Shown here in pieces: positions 1 to 12,920 of a stretch of 64,000 nt of DNA (the stretch's first letter is position 1; the number at the start of each line of letters is the position of its first letter). A program made the translations under genes and the position numbers. Location: contig NC_043007.1 of assembly GCF_006345805.1 (NCBI RefSeq), positions 3,410,001-3,474,000 on the forward strand. The letters run 5' to 3'. This stretch comes from Octopus sinensis (taxonomy: Eukaryota). Below the pieces are notes generated by a model that worked only from the letters and a program-made list of their open reading frames with translations, made no database searches and was not told where the DNA came from.

Positions 1-381
1 ACACATGTATGTATGTTTTTATGAATGTTTATACACACACACACACACACACACACATAGTAATTGCGAATTATTTATATATATGTGGGTGTTGCGTGCG
101 CGTGTGTATGTGTGTGTGTGATGAAAGCACGAGATATCACCATGGAAACTTGGGACTTGATTTCCTGTTACGTTCAACTCCCACGACGGTATAATGCTGC
201 GAATTAAAGATCGATATGTATTAACGCTATTATTTCGGAGCCAAAGGAGAACTTATTTCAAAAGGAACCAGAAAAAAATATGATGTTCATGTACCAGCTG
301 CTTCATTCCGCACGCAATGACGTAGCTGATACGTCAACTATTTGTTTACTCATCGTTCATTCAAACTATACATAAATATGT

Positions 382-762
382 GGAGGCGCAATAGCCTGGT
401 GGTTAAGGCAGCGGACTCGAGGTCGTAGGATAGCGGTTTCGATTCCCAGACCGTGCATTGAGAATGTTTATTGAGCCAAAACCCCTACAGCTCCACGCCG
501 CTCCGGCAGAGGGTGGTGGTGAACCCTGCTGTACTCTTTCACCACAACTTTCTCTCACTCTTTCTTCCTGTTTCTGTTGTACTTGTATTTCAAAGGGCCA
601 GCCTTGTCACACTCTGTGTCACGCTGAATCTCCACGGGAACTACGTTAAGGGTACACGTGTCTGTGGAGTGCTCAGCCACTTGCACGTTAATTTCACGAA
701 GAGGCTGTTCCGATGATTGGATCAGCTGGAACCCCCGTCGTGGTAACCGACGGAGTGCCACG
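382..762 (+). mobile_element. tRNA-derived SINE family A, near full length
   Basis: tRNA-like head (GGAGGCGCAATAGCCTGGTGGTT...GGTTTCGATTCCC) and a hairpin 3' end (GTCGTGGTAACCGACGGAGTGCCA). Closely matching copies occur at 54709-55088 and 40145-40430 on the minus strand. Confidence 0.85.
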
Positions 763-766
763 ACAT

Positions 767-801
<35 letters not shown>

Positions 802-804
<3 letters not shown>

Positions 805-1023
805 CTGGCTTCCTTTTTGTCTCGGGAGACAATGGAGTTGCGCATAAAATAATCTAGTCCGGCTTTTACATTTCATGTCCTAATACATCTTCTGCTGTGG
901 CTGTGTAGTCTCCTGGACAAACACTCCCTCTGGCAGGTGCCGCAAATGTAGCGAAGACTTTGCCTGGCTGGTTGTAATGTCATACTTTGTTGTTGACGTC
1001 TTTTCTTGTCCTTCCATTTCTCT

Positions 1024-1080
<57 letters not shown>

Positions 1081-1660
1081 ACTCCTCTGTGTTCCCTCTT
1101 TTACGGTACGTCGCCAATCTCCACGGTTGCTGGCAACTGCTTCCCAGTTGGTAATATTGATGTTGCAGGCATTCTTGTCCCTTTTGCAAACATCCTTGTA
1201 TCGTAAGAACGGTCTTCCCACAGACTTAGTGCCCCTAGCAAGCTCTCCGTAGAGTATGTCCTTGAGGATTCTGCTATCTTCCATACGGCTAACATGTCCA
1301 AGCCATCTCATACGTCTTTGTGTGAGGAGTGCAAACATGCTTGGTATTCCTGCTTGCTTGGGAACATCTTTGCTGGGGACATGATTCTGCCATTTGATGC
1401 CAAGGATTTTTCCGGAGGCAGCGCAGGTGAAAGATATTTAGGCGACGTTCTTGGCGTGTGTATGGCGTCCAAGTCTCACTTCCATACAGTAGAGTGCTAA
1501 GTACACATGCCTGGTAAATCTTCATTTTTGTGGTCTTGGTCAGCTTATTGTTGTCCCATCCTCGTTTGGAAAGTTGGGCCATCACAGCAGCTGCCTTGCC
1601 AATGCGTATATTCAACTCGGCATCAAGGGATAGGATGTAGGTGACGGTAGAGCCAAGATC
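802..1660 (-). mobile_element. 5'-truncated RTE-clade LINE remnant (RT C-terminal region, C-terminal Cys/His motif, 3' UTR)
   Basis: Frameshifted translation LGSTVTYILSLDAELNIRIGKAAA...CVLSTLLYGSETW...RRLNIFHLRCLRK...QRRMRWLGHVSRMEDSRILKDILYGEL...GRPFLRYKDVCKRD, then ICGTCQRECLSRRLHSHSRRC and an RTE-like tail CCATTGTCTCCCGAGAC. A (GA)n tract at 1021-1080 interrupts the coding remnant. Confidence 0.92.
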
Positions 1661-2236
1661 TTGTACGCAATCCCGATTCTGGTGTTGGCAAGAGAAGATA
1701 TTCAGAAACGTTGAGATTTGAGATCAGGGAAGGGTTAGCTTAAGTTCTTTGACAAATTTATAGAGATAGTAACAAATACTAAGTTGGTATGTCGTTCTTA
1801 AAATTCGAATCGTTTTAAGATGCATTTAATCTATCATTTATATGTATACTAGAGTATCGACCAGACGGCATATATTTGTGGAAGAAAAGATGTGGTACGA
1901 CATAAATAATGTTATGAGGAATTTATGTCGCTGCGGGTTGTGTCAACAGGAACCAAAAGTGAGAAAAAGTAGGTAATATCAATATATGCATGCGCCCGAT
2001 CAGAAAGAAATTTACTGTATTAAGCATATGCAGTAATCACTTTAATGTTGAACAGAATGACAGAGATGTTTATGCTAGGGAGATATAAATGATATCTTTT
2101 GCGTTGAAGAGGTGTAAAGACACGTATCACAAAGGAAATTTATTAGACCTCGTAACTATTCGAGACAGTAATAAAATAGACTGCTAGAGGTTACTAGAGT
2201 GACGCATAGTTGTCACATTTTAAGATATGGTGCGTG

Positions 2237-2324
2237 TGCTTATATATATATATATATATATACATACATACATACACACACACATATATATACACAACAT
2301 ATATATATATATACACACATATAT

Positions 2325-2374
<50 letters not shown>

Positions 2375-2500
2375 TATACACACACATATATATATAATAT
2401 ACATATATATATATATACATATATATATATACATATATATATATTTATACATAATAATACACATATATATATATACATATATATATATTATACATATATT

Positions 2501-2549
<49 letters not shown>

Positions 2550-2581
2550 ATATATATACATAGAGCGAGAGAGAGATAGAG

Positions 2582-2661
<80 letters not shown>

Positions 2662-2665
2662 TATG

Positions 2666-2705
<40 letters not shown>

Positions 2706-2710
2706 CGTGT
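2237..2710. repeat. Compound microsatellite (TA)n/(TAGA)n/(TG)n
   Basis: Direct reading. Confidence 0.95.
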
Positions 2711-3184
2711 TTATACGAAAAATATGTCTGTTGACTTTGTATACATACTATGCCACTGGTAGAAAAAAAATTCCTACCTTGTATTGATTTTAAGAAATAA
2801 TTTTAGCAATTTCTGAAATTAAATCGGAATTTCTATTTGCTGCCGATTGAAATTGCGCATGCGCGGAATATTTTACAAATTATAATATATAAGGAGAAGA
2901 CGCGTTTTATTTTGTTTCTAATTTATATGTTAATGTTTTGGCGTATCCGCTGAAGAGAACTTCGCCTTGCAAATAATTTTATTTGCTAATTAAATTTCGA
3001 AACCTAATGTTCGGCTGTAAGACATGGTAAATGTTTTTATTTTTCATTCTCTTCGAAATTGCTCTTTATTGTGGTTTGGACGTTTTGACTGTCCCTTCTA
3101 GTATGTAAGGCGACCTGTTAAGGCTCGCCTCTTTGTGTTTAAATGTACACAAATTCATATATGTGTGTGTGTGTGTGTGTGTGC

Positions 3185-3216
<32 letters not shown>

Positions 3217-3244
3217 GTATGTATATGTGTGTATGTATGTATGT

Positions 3245-3466
3245 ATCTGTGTGTGTTTGTGTGTGTATTTTTGTCCCCTACCAGCGCTTGACAACCGATG
3301 TTGGTGTAATTACGTCCCGCGTAACTTAGCACTTCGGCAAATGAGGGCGATAGAATAAATACCAGGCTTACAAAGCATAAGTCCCGGGGTCGATTTGTTC
3401 GACTAAAGGCGGTGCTCCAGCATGGCCACAGTCAAAATGACTGAAACAAATAAAAGAATAAAAGAA
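3245..3466 (+). mobile_element. SINE family B, 3' half
   Basis: TTGTCCCC...TTGACAACCGATG...GCGGTGCTCCAGCATGGCCACAGTCAAAATGACTGAAACAAATAAAAG matches the other B copies. Confidence 0.85.
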
Positions 3467-4267
3467 CAGCTCGAGAAAAATAGACGGAATATAAAAGTGA
3501 GATGTGGTCTGCGAGTTTTCGAACCATGTTCCAAAACATTCACTTAAATGACGTCTTTGATTTCTTTTTTTCTTTATTGTGTTTATGATTATTTTATTTT
3601 ATTCTTATGCAAGACCAAACCTGAAACCATTTATTTTCTCATTTTGCTTTCAAGTATTATTGGACACTTCAAACATCCTCCTCTCTGTATATAACTTATA
3701 ATTGAAAACCATTGGTTGTTTATAATGTAATTAGATTCCGTCTTTCCCGGTCTCCCGGTCTCTAAACTCCTTTGGCTGTCGAAGTTTGCTGACGTCTACA
3801 TACAAAGATCACAAATTTGCTTCCGTTTCCTTCCTAGAATTCACCAAATTATTTTCACATGATACAAACGAAACAATTGTGTTTCTTGGCGGATTGTAAA
3901 GTATTCATACAAAAATTTGACAGACTGATATTTAATTTTCAACCCATTGAAGTGTGTTAACGAAACGGCTTCTTAAACATTCCCCTTTTTTGCTACTTTA
4001 TAATTCACATCAATACTCCAAGCTCTTAATCAATATATTTGAGTTTACCATTGTGGCAAGTTAAATAATCAGGTAGCTAGGAGGAGGCACGCTTCGGTGC
4101 TTAGCGTGCGGTCTTGTATTAGACAAGAACGTGAACTGAAGTTAGAATATCGGAAAACGCTTTGAAGATTGATGAAATTAATGTGCCGTACTAGCATATA
4201 GAGACTTCCATGATGTTGATGTTTCGTCTGGAGTAGATGGACAATTGGATCGAAGAAGACGGGGACA

Positions 4268-4718
4268 GAAGAAGAAGGAAAGGAAGAAGGAGAAGAAGAA
4301 GAAGAAGAAGAAGAAGAAGAAGAGAAGAGAAGAAGAAGAAGAAGAAGAAGAAGAAGAAGAAGAAGAAGGGAAGAAGAAGAAGGGGTAAAGAAGAAGAAGA
4401 AGAAGAAGAAAAAGAAGAAGAAGAAGAAGAAGAAGAAGGAGAAAAGGAGAAGGAGAAGGAGAAGAAGAAGAAGAAGGGGAAAAGAAGAGGAAGAAGAGGA
4501 GGAGGAGGAGGGGGAGGGGGAGGGGGATCAGGAGGAGGAAAATAAGATGTTTAAGAAGAGGAGGAGAGGAACGAGGAAGAAGAAGAGGAGGAGAAGGAGG
4601 AAAAGAAGAAGAAGAAAAAGTCGGCGACGGCAACGACGTCGATGATGATGATGATGATGATGATGACGATGATGATGACGATGATGATGATTATAATGAT
4701 GATGATGATGCCGGCGAA
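4268..4718. repeat. Polypurine (GAA)n/(GGA)n tract followed by (GAT)n
   Basis: Direct reading. Confidence 0.95.
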
Positions 4719-5034
4719 GATAATATTGGTAAGTGACAAATACTAAAGAATAAAATGAAAAAAAAACAACAGGAAGTCAGAGACAAAAAAACTAAAATAA
4801 AAGCAAACAAAAATATGTTGCTGTCGTTGATGGTGTTGATGTTTTCTTTTTTCTCTGATCGAAGAGATCGAAGAGCGGCGTTCCAGCCATGATCACCGCT
4901 ACTTTATATGCAAGGGACCTTACTGTCCAGCGTCTCCTGCTGTTTTCAAGACAACAGGATTTATTTCAAGAAGATTGCGTTTCTATTCGTCTCAAGTCGA
5001 GCGACTCTGAAGACATTCATCCGTTGTACACCGC

Positions 5035-5315
<281 letters not shown>

Positions 5316-7204
5316 ATAGCAGAGTACGTACACTCTTGTGCTCTACTTATAGTAGATATGTATCTAAATTTTGTACGACTCTTCCTCTGTCTTTTATTTC
5401 CTCTCTCATTTTTCTTCCTTTTTCTCGCTCCCCCTCTCTCACATTTCTTGACCCTCTCTTTCTTTAACTCCCACTATTTACCACTTGTTTATCTCCCCTG
5501 TACCTGTCTCTTTCTCTTATTTTTTTTCTAATCCTCCAATTGTAAAAATATTGTAATATATTATAAAATATTATAATAATCCAGGTTTCTCGGAGCACTA
5601 GGCCACTTGGTGTTGAATAGATATACTATTAAATTAGTATCTAATTCTCTCACCCTTATTAATTAATTATAATTATGCTGCATTTATTCTAAATGCTGTA
5701 TTTGTTTTCCGTGAAAGTTTGGCGCGCTGTTAGTTGGGGCATTTGAATTATAACGTCGGATGTAATCAATTGAACCACACGCGTATTTATCGTTATGGTA
5801 AAATCTGGCGTGTGATTGAGTGGATTTCATCCAGATAGTTTTGGCTGACGAGCTACAAGTGGATTTTTTTGTAAGTAAAATTACATTTAATTCATTAATA
5901 GCGAAACAATTGTCCCAAAATAATCTGTATTTTTGTTATTTTTTATTTGCCCTGTCCGTGTGAGCTAACAATCGTACTGACTTTCATGGGAAACATGTAT
6001 TTTTGTGGTTGAAACCTTTTGGATTAACTGGTGCTAGAGTGAGCCATATAGTGACCACTCTCTTATATTTATTATTACATATATTTATATATACACAGAC
6101 AGGGTGAGGGGAGAGAGAGATAGACAGATAGATGTATGGATTGATGGATTTATAGACAGACAGAAAGCAGACAGACAGACAGACAGACGGGCAGGCGGGC
6201 AGATAGATAGCTAGATAAATAGATAGATATGACAAGCTTCTTTCAGTTTCCAAATCCACTGACATGACGAATCGCAATTTTCTTTACTCAAGTATGATCT
6301 AAAACTCAGAACGGTATGTTCAGCTACGACCTTTTAAATCGGTGCTCCAGCATGGTCACAGTCCAGTGACTGAACGCAATAAAAGAATAAAAGAATTCTA
6401 TGACATATTACATCTTTCGTTGGTGATTCTAGGCCAAGAGCCCGGATGTACTGCATGGTTATCTAGCTTATTCACAATCAACAAAGAGCAGTCTATAATA
6501 CATTAAAAATTTAATCATTCTACCAATATTATTACTGAAATAATGATCATAAATATTACCTTATCTGAGCAGAATGTATTGTATTTCTTTCTACCTGAAA
6601 CACCTCCGAGAATGTTTTCTCATCAATGAATTTAATTCTAGTAACAAATATTGTTTTGTTTGTTTCCATATCTCTTTGCCGTATTTTATAATACAATAAA
6701 GCCTTATGCATTAAGAATTAAATATAATAATTACTATATTTCGTCAATATCTTCTTCAGTCCCAATTCACAACTGACGAAATCTAAAATGACGTTTAAAC
6801 CACTGAAGTCATTAAGTTTATACATTTTCAAACCTAAATACAAAAGCGTGTCTCGAGATATCACAAATCTTCTGCTGAATTTCCTGTGGAGTGCAACTGC
6901 AGCTATAATGAGATTCTTCGATTTCAATTGTATTCTTTTGTTAATTGTCAATATTTCAATGAATTCTGGGAATGATAATTAAACTCAATAGATCTTGTTC
7001 AATCGTTTATCATTTACTTCACTCACAACTTTTCCTTCACTGCTACACCTGAAGATTACAAAAGCCACTCTACTTCCACAGTGTATGTATGTAAGAATAT
7101 ATGTACATTGGGCAAGTGTGTTCTACTCTAGCCTCGGGCCGACCAAAGCCTTGTGAGTGGATTTGGTAGACGGAAACTGAAAGAAGCCCGTCGTATATAT
7201 GTAT

Positions 7205-7417
7205 GATCGCCATGTTGATTCGCTAGCTTCTGCACGCATTTTTTTCTCTCCTTGTTTCTCTCCGTGTTTCTTTTCTGTGTATCTTTCTGTTGAAGAGCGT
7301 AGGCTCGAAACGTAAAAGACTTGTTTTATTTATATTCCTGAGCGCCACACTAATACAATTGTTTGTTTGTATTCCACCTGCCTTCGTCTTTTGTTTATTT
7401 TCATAAAGCTTCCCGTT
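7205..7417 (+). mobile_element. Hammerhead-bearing short element (Penelope pseudo-LTR or retrozyme-like) inserted in a TA run
   Basis: Non-SINE sequence inside SINE B. It contains a hammerhead motif and a 3' part related to the element at 10689-10900 (shared TTCCTGAGCG.CA...AATAC...TT(G/A)TTCCAC). Confidence 0.7.
7282..7319 (+). ncRNA. Minimal type I hammerhead ribozyme motif (core variant CUGUUGA)
   Basis: TCTTT-CTGTTGA-A-GAGC-gtag-GCTC-GAAAC-GTA-AAAGA: stem I TCTTT/AAAGA, stem II GAGC/GCTC, and GAAACGTA as in Penelope-type minimal hammerheads. Confidence 0.65.
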
Positions 7418-7702
7418 ATATATATATGTGTATGTATGTGTGTATATGTTTGTGTGACTATGTTTGTCCCCCAACATCGCTTGAAAACCGATGCTGGTGT
7501 GTTTACGTCCCCGTAACTTAGAAGTTCGGCAAAAAACCGACAGAATACGTACTAGACTTACAAAGAATAAAGTCCTGGGGTCGATTTGCTTGACTAAAGG
7601 CGGTGCTCCAGCATGGCCACAGTCAAATGACTGAAACAAGTAAACGAGTAAAGAGTAAGAGTATATATATATAAATATATATATATATATGTGTGTGTGT
7701 GT

Positions 7703-7738
<36 letters not shown>

Positions 7739-9149
7739 TATGTGTTTACTGTATGTGTGTATGAGTGTATGTATTATGTATGTGTGTGTTCTGGGTATGA
7801 CTTTATACTGTATCCGATAGTGAGGCCCTGGTTGAGGGTTCTAGGGTCTTGAGAAGTGTGGCACCAACTCTTAGCCGCTATCTTTCCCAGGTCTACTCTG
7901 CCCGAAGTTATAGCAATTGTCAGGGTCCCAGTTATGGTTTAATTAGCATATTAGGGCTTTCCTACCGATGCTTGTTAAGACTGGATGTGGTGGATTCTGC
8001 AGAAGAACCCTCCATATTTCAAGCGAGAGGAAGTCAGCTGCAGCAACGCATTGTGAAGTGAAGAGAGCAAGATGAAGCGGGTCAGACATCTCGGTTGCTC
8101 ACTGCATCCGTCTCCATACTCAACCGTTTAGACTTGGTCTTGCCATAGGACAGAAAGGAATCACAGACGAGAGAGCAGGGTTGATGCGGCGCGATTGTTT
8201 TCTCACTTCAAACAACTTAAGGCTGACCCTATGGTCTTAACGCTTCGACGGACGAACATGAGTGCATGGATGGATGGATGGATGGATGGATGGATGAATG
8301 CCTTCCAAAATTATGTCTTTCCTTCAGATTTCAAGCCGGTTACAAATTGAAAGGTTTCTTTCTTTATATATATAAAGGCATGTATTCATAGATTTGTACG
8401 CTTTGTCCTATATGTGTGTGTGCGTGTGTCTGTCTCCGTGTGTGTGTGTGTGCGTGCGTGCGTGTGTGTGTGTATGTGTGTGTGTGCGCGCGCGCGCTTG
8501 TGTGTTTGCTCAAATGTACACATCTGTCTTTGCCGCTATGTCAACGTCAAAACTTCTGGAATACTTTCAATACATTTCAAAGATTCCATTAAGCTTTGTA
8601 AAAATGGTAAGTATGCGTTTATATGCTCTCTACGAAGATATGTATCTACGTATGTTTGTCGGCAAATACGTACATACGGCCGTAATTATGTACGCATGCG
8701 TATCTCTATCCATTTGTCTGTATCAATATTTGCTTGCATAAGCATTTCGTTCCTCTTGAACAGAAATAACTTGTTTTGAGGTGAATAAGTTTGCAGAAGA
8801 AAAACGAATGAATTCAGATGGAGTTGCTTTATTGTCAGATAAATAGGTGTGTTTCAATTCAGTGCAATTTCGATGAAAGTTTTGTTCTAGAATTGGCAAC
8901 AAATTGGAATAGTCGAAATTAATTAATGGGAATTAAAGTTTTTATGATAATTTAATCTTTACAGACGCAGGTACGAATGTTTCAAGAATGTTTCTGCGTG
9001 CAGACGTATGTGTGTGGGTATGGATGTGGATGAGTATGTCTGTGTGTGTATGTCTACGTGTGTGTGATTGTGTGTTTTTATTCCCATCGGAAACGTTAAT
9101 AATCGGCATGTAAACACTCAACGGAGGTATACACAAACATATGCCTACT

Positions 9150-9640
<491 letters not shown>

Positions 9641-10299
9641 TCTTGTATATGTATATACATAATTATATATGAATCTGTGCGTGCGTTTGTGTGTGCGTGA
9701 GACCACATTCATATACATAGATATACACATATATGTTTGCATACATACATATACACATATACATGTATATAAATGTACGTACGTGTGTGTGTACAAGTGT
9801 ATGTTTGTGTCCATGTGTGTGTGTCCATGTGTGTGTGTGTAAAACATGTTTATGTGAGATTAGATATATATATTTAGATATTTATATGCCTGAATGCAGA
9901 CTTGTGTAATTATATATATTAAATGAAGATAAATGAATGATCGGAGAGGTGTATAATTATTGGTTATTAAATGTCGGATATATACGCTGAAGTTTTTCCT
10001 TGTATTTATTAAAAATTAATCTCTTTGCAAATAGTTACTTTTGCATAATTACATGTAATGCTATGTATTTTATATATTCGTGCGTGTGAACGAGTGTGTG
10101 CTTGTGTGTGTGTGTGCGTGCGTGTAGGTGGGTGATTGTGTATGTGTGCATGTTTATATGTGTATAAATTTGAGAATGTATGGAAAATTTTGGTATACGA
10201 GAACAAAATTTGTTTGCAGGAAAAACATATCCCGACATTGTAAATATTTAGATATTTGAAAGGCAATAAATAGTACACAAATGCGTGTATATATATATA

Positions 10300-10381
<82 letters not shown>

Positions 10382-10390
10382 ATATATATA

Positions 10391-10654
10391 TTGGTAAAAC
10401 GGTAAGATAACAAAAGAAAGAAAGAGACCTCAATATTATGTAAATAGAGGAAATTTATCTATACAATAATATGTTACATTACTCGATAGTCAAGATAAAA
10501 CTTTCAGATGCCGAAGTGGAGATCCACAACACCATCTCTTCGGTTATCTAGAAATAGCCAGATAACCGAAGAGATGGTATTGTGGATTTCCACTTCGGCA
10601 TCTGAAACTCAGAGTTTTATCTTGACTATCGAGTAATGTAACATACTATTGCAT

Positions 10655-10659
<5 letters not shown>
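10391..10659. mobile_element. Asymmetric foldback element in (TA)n, short copy of the 28222-28844 family
   Basis: ~65-bp unique left end, then inverted arms 10456-10549 and 10560-10659 around a 10-bp spacer. Confidence 0.85.
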
Positions 10660-10688
<29 letters not shown>

Positions 10689-10693
<5 letters not shown>

Positions 10694-10900
10694 TAATCCA
10701 AACAAGAAAACACAGAAAAAAAAGAAAAAAACAGCAACGCGAGGACGTGGAACAATTAAAGTATTATTGACGCTCAGGAAAGAAGGGAAGGAGGGTTTAA
10801 CGTTTCGAGCGGAGCTCTTCGTCGGAAACAAGGAGAAGGAAAGATCCCAAGAAGGGAAGACAGAGGAAAAAATATTTTTGCTGGTGGTACTCAAGAGATC
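10689..10900 (-). mobile_element. Hammerhead-bearing short element between TA runs (related to 7205-7417)
   Basis: Minus strand carries the hammerhead motif followed by TTCCTGAGCGTCAATAATAC..TTGTTCCACGTCCTCG and ends in (TA)n. The 5' boundary is approximate. Confidence 0.65.
10795..10829 (-). ncRNA. Minimal type I hammerhead motif (core variant CCGACGA)
   Basis: Minus strand GTTT-CCGACGA-A-GAGC-tcc-GCTC-GAAAC-GTT-AAAC. Confidence 0.65.
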
Positions 10901-10938
10901 ACATATACACATATATATATATATGTATATATATATAC

Positions 10939-10978
<40 letters not shown>

Positions 10979-11045
10979 ATTTATGCATATATATACATTG
11001 ATATATGCGTATATATTTATACGTATATATTCGTATGTATGTGTG

Positions 11046-11181
<136 letters not shown>

Positions 11182-11185
11182 TACA

Positions 11186-11231
<46 letters not shown>

Positions 11232-11245
11232 AACATACATACATA

Positions 11246-12150
11246 GCGGTACCCAAAGGAGACCGGAATCGGAATTGTGTAATGTTATTTCATTCACTTA
11301 ATGTTTTCATAATTACACTTTTATTGCTTTCAAAGTCTTCTTCATATGAAGCAATGCGTCGGTCCCGGAGCATTTTCCACGGTTCGAAGCTGGAGCTCTT
11401 GTGAAGTGATATCTTTTAACGCCTCTGTCGCTTTTTACTTCACCTCTTCCACATCTACAAATTCCGTAGCACCAGCTTTCCTCGCCTGTGGTGACCTACG
11501 ATGAGAGGTCCGGATCAATTTCCAGCTGTTCTTTCTGTCCGCGACAGGCATTCATCCGTGATTGCTTTTGATCTTCCGTGAGAAAGCAAAGCACAACTTT
11601 CCATGCTACTCGTTTCATTCACAATTCCACGCTCAAAATTCGTAGGGAGGAGCTCCAGGACACACCAATCCTATCAACAAGCTGGTCATTTCTTTAGTGA
11701 CGGTCCGCCAAGATCCGTTCATGAATTTGCGTGATGTTTTCATTCGTTCGGAAGATCGATGGTCGCCCTGAACGAGGTTGGCCTTCAAGCATCAACTGAC
11801 CACTCCTAAAGCACGAAAACCACTCGTAAACTTGTGTTTTGTTCGTGGCGGCGTTCTTGTGAGCTATTTGGAGCATGACAACAGTTTCGGCCAATGTTTT
11901 CCCCAGCAGAAATCAGAATTTCACGGATGCACGCTGCTGTTCCTTTGTTTCGGTCATCGAAAAGTCGACGAATAGGGGAGAAGCACTGCAAAACAAAGAC
12001 ACACCACGTGGCAATACGACATCACTGGATAACGCCGGTCAGCAGACTTATGCCTGAATGTCGCATCAAGTGACTTCCCGCGGCAGAAGCCCGAACTAAA
12101 CCGGTCTTGTCCCACAGAGAACGTATCCGGTTACTTTTGGGTGCCCCTCG
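11246..12150 (-). mobile_element. Internally deleted, decayed mariner transposon
   Basis: 5' TIR CGAGGGGCACCCAAAAGTAACCGGA next to TA (12151-52) and a degenerate partner at 11246. HTH remnant NKTQVYEWFSCFRSGQLMLEGQPRSGRPS; C-terminal remnant DVEEVK.KATEALKDIT...FEPWKMLRDRRIASYEEDFE. Confidence 0.85.
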
Positions 12151-12587
12151 TATATATATATACAGTGTACGTTTAAACACGTAAGAGATGGCCATAACAG
12201 AACATCTGACTCGCTAGAAAGCGTAGTTAAACTACAAACCACTAATAGTTGTAATTCTGGAAGGGAATGAAAAATAAAAAACATTTCCTCTATTTTTCCT
12301 GGACTATGCATAGTTTCAAGCAATCTTTTTGTAAATAAAATAATTTACAATTGGCGAAGCTCTCCTCAGCAGGAAGCCAAGGCTAACATATAAATGCGAG
12401 GCGATAAAGAACATACCTCGCGTTTATATGTTATATTACCCATGCTTGCACATATGTTGACATTGTAGACGGAGGCCATAGATAGAAAGATAGACAGACA
12501 GACAGACGGACGAGCGGACGGACGGACGGGTGGATGGATGGATGGATGGATGGATAGAGAGACATATATGTATATATGTATAAATAG

Positions 12588-12653
<66 letters not shown>

Positions 12654-12858
12654 GAGTGTATTTTTACCTTGTTAACAATTAACACGGAAAAATAAATAAA
12701 TAGTTACCAGGGCAGCAAAAATTTCACAAGTAAAGGTGTTGAATAGTATCAGTGGTATTTTCGAAACATGTGTCGAAAGTAAAAATATTTGTTTACACCT
12801 GCGTTAACTCCATTTCTTATTCATATATATATATATATATTATATGTGTGTATATGCA

Positions 12859-12920
<62 letters not shown>

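Larger units (their letters stand above)
7108..7661 (+). mobile_element. SINE family B (5'-truncated) interrupted in its central microsatellite by a ~212-bp insert
   Basis: 5' half ends ...GAAAGAAGCCCGTCGTATATATGTAT and the 3' half resumes after 7417. Confidence 0.9.

Noticed and set aside
382-460. tRNA genes at SINE heads
   Set aside because: They continue into SINE bodies and have no complete cloverleaf or acceptor stem
1846-1880. Helitron-like end TACTAGAGTATCGACC
   Set aside because: Too degenerate, and the other terminus was not found
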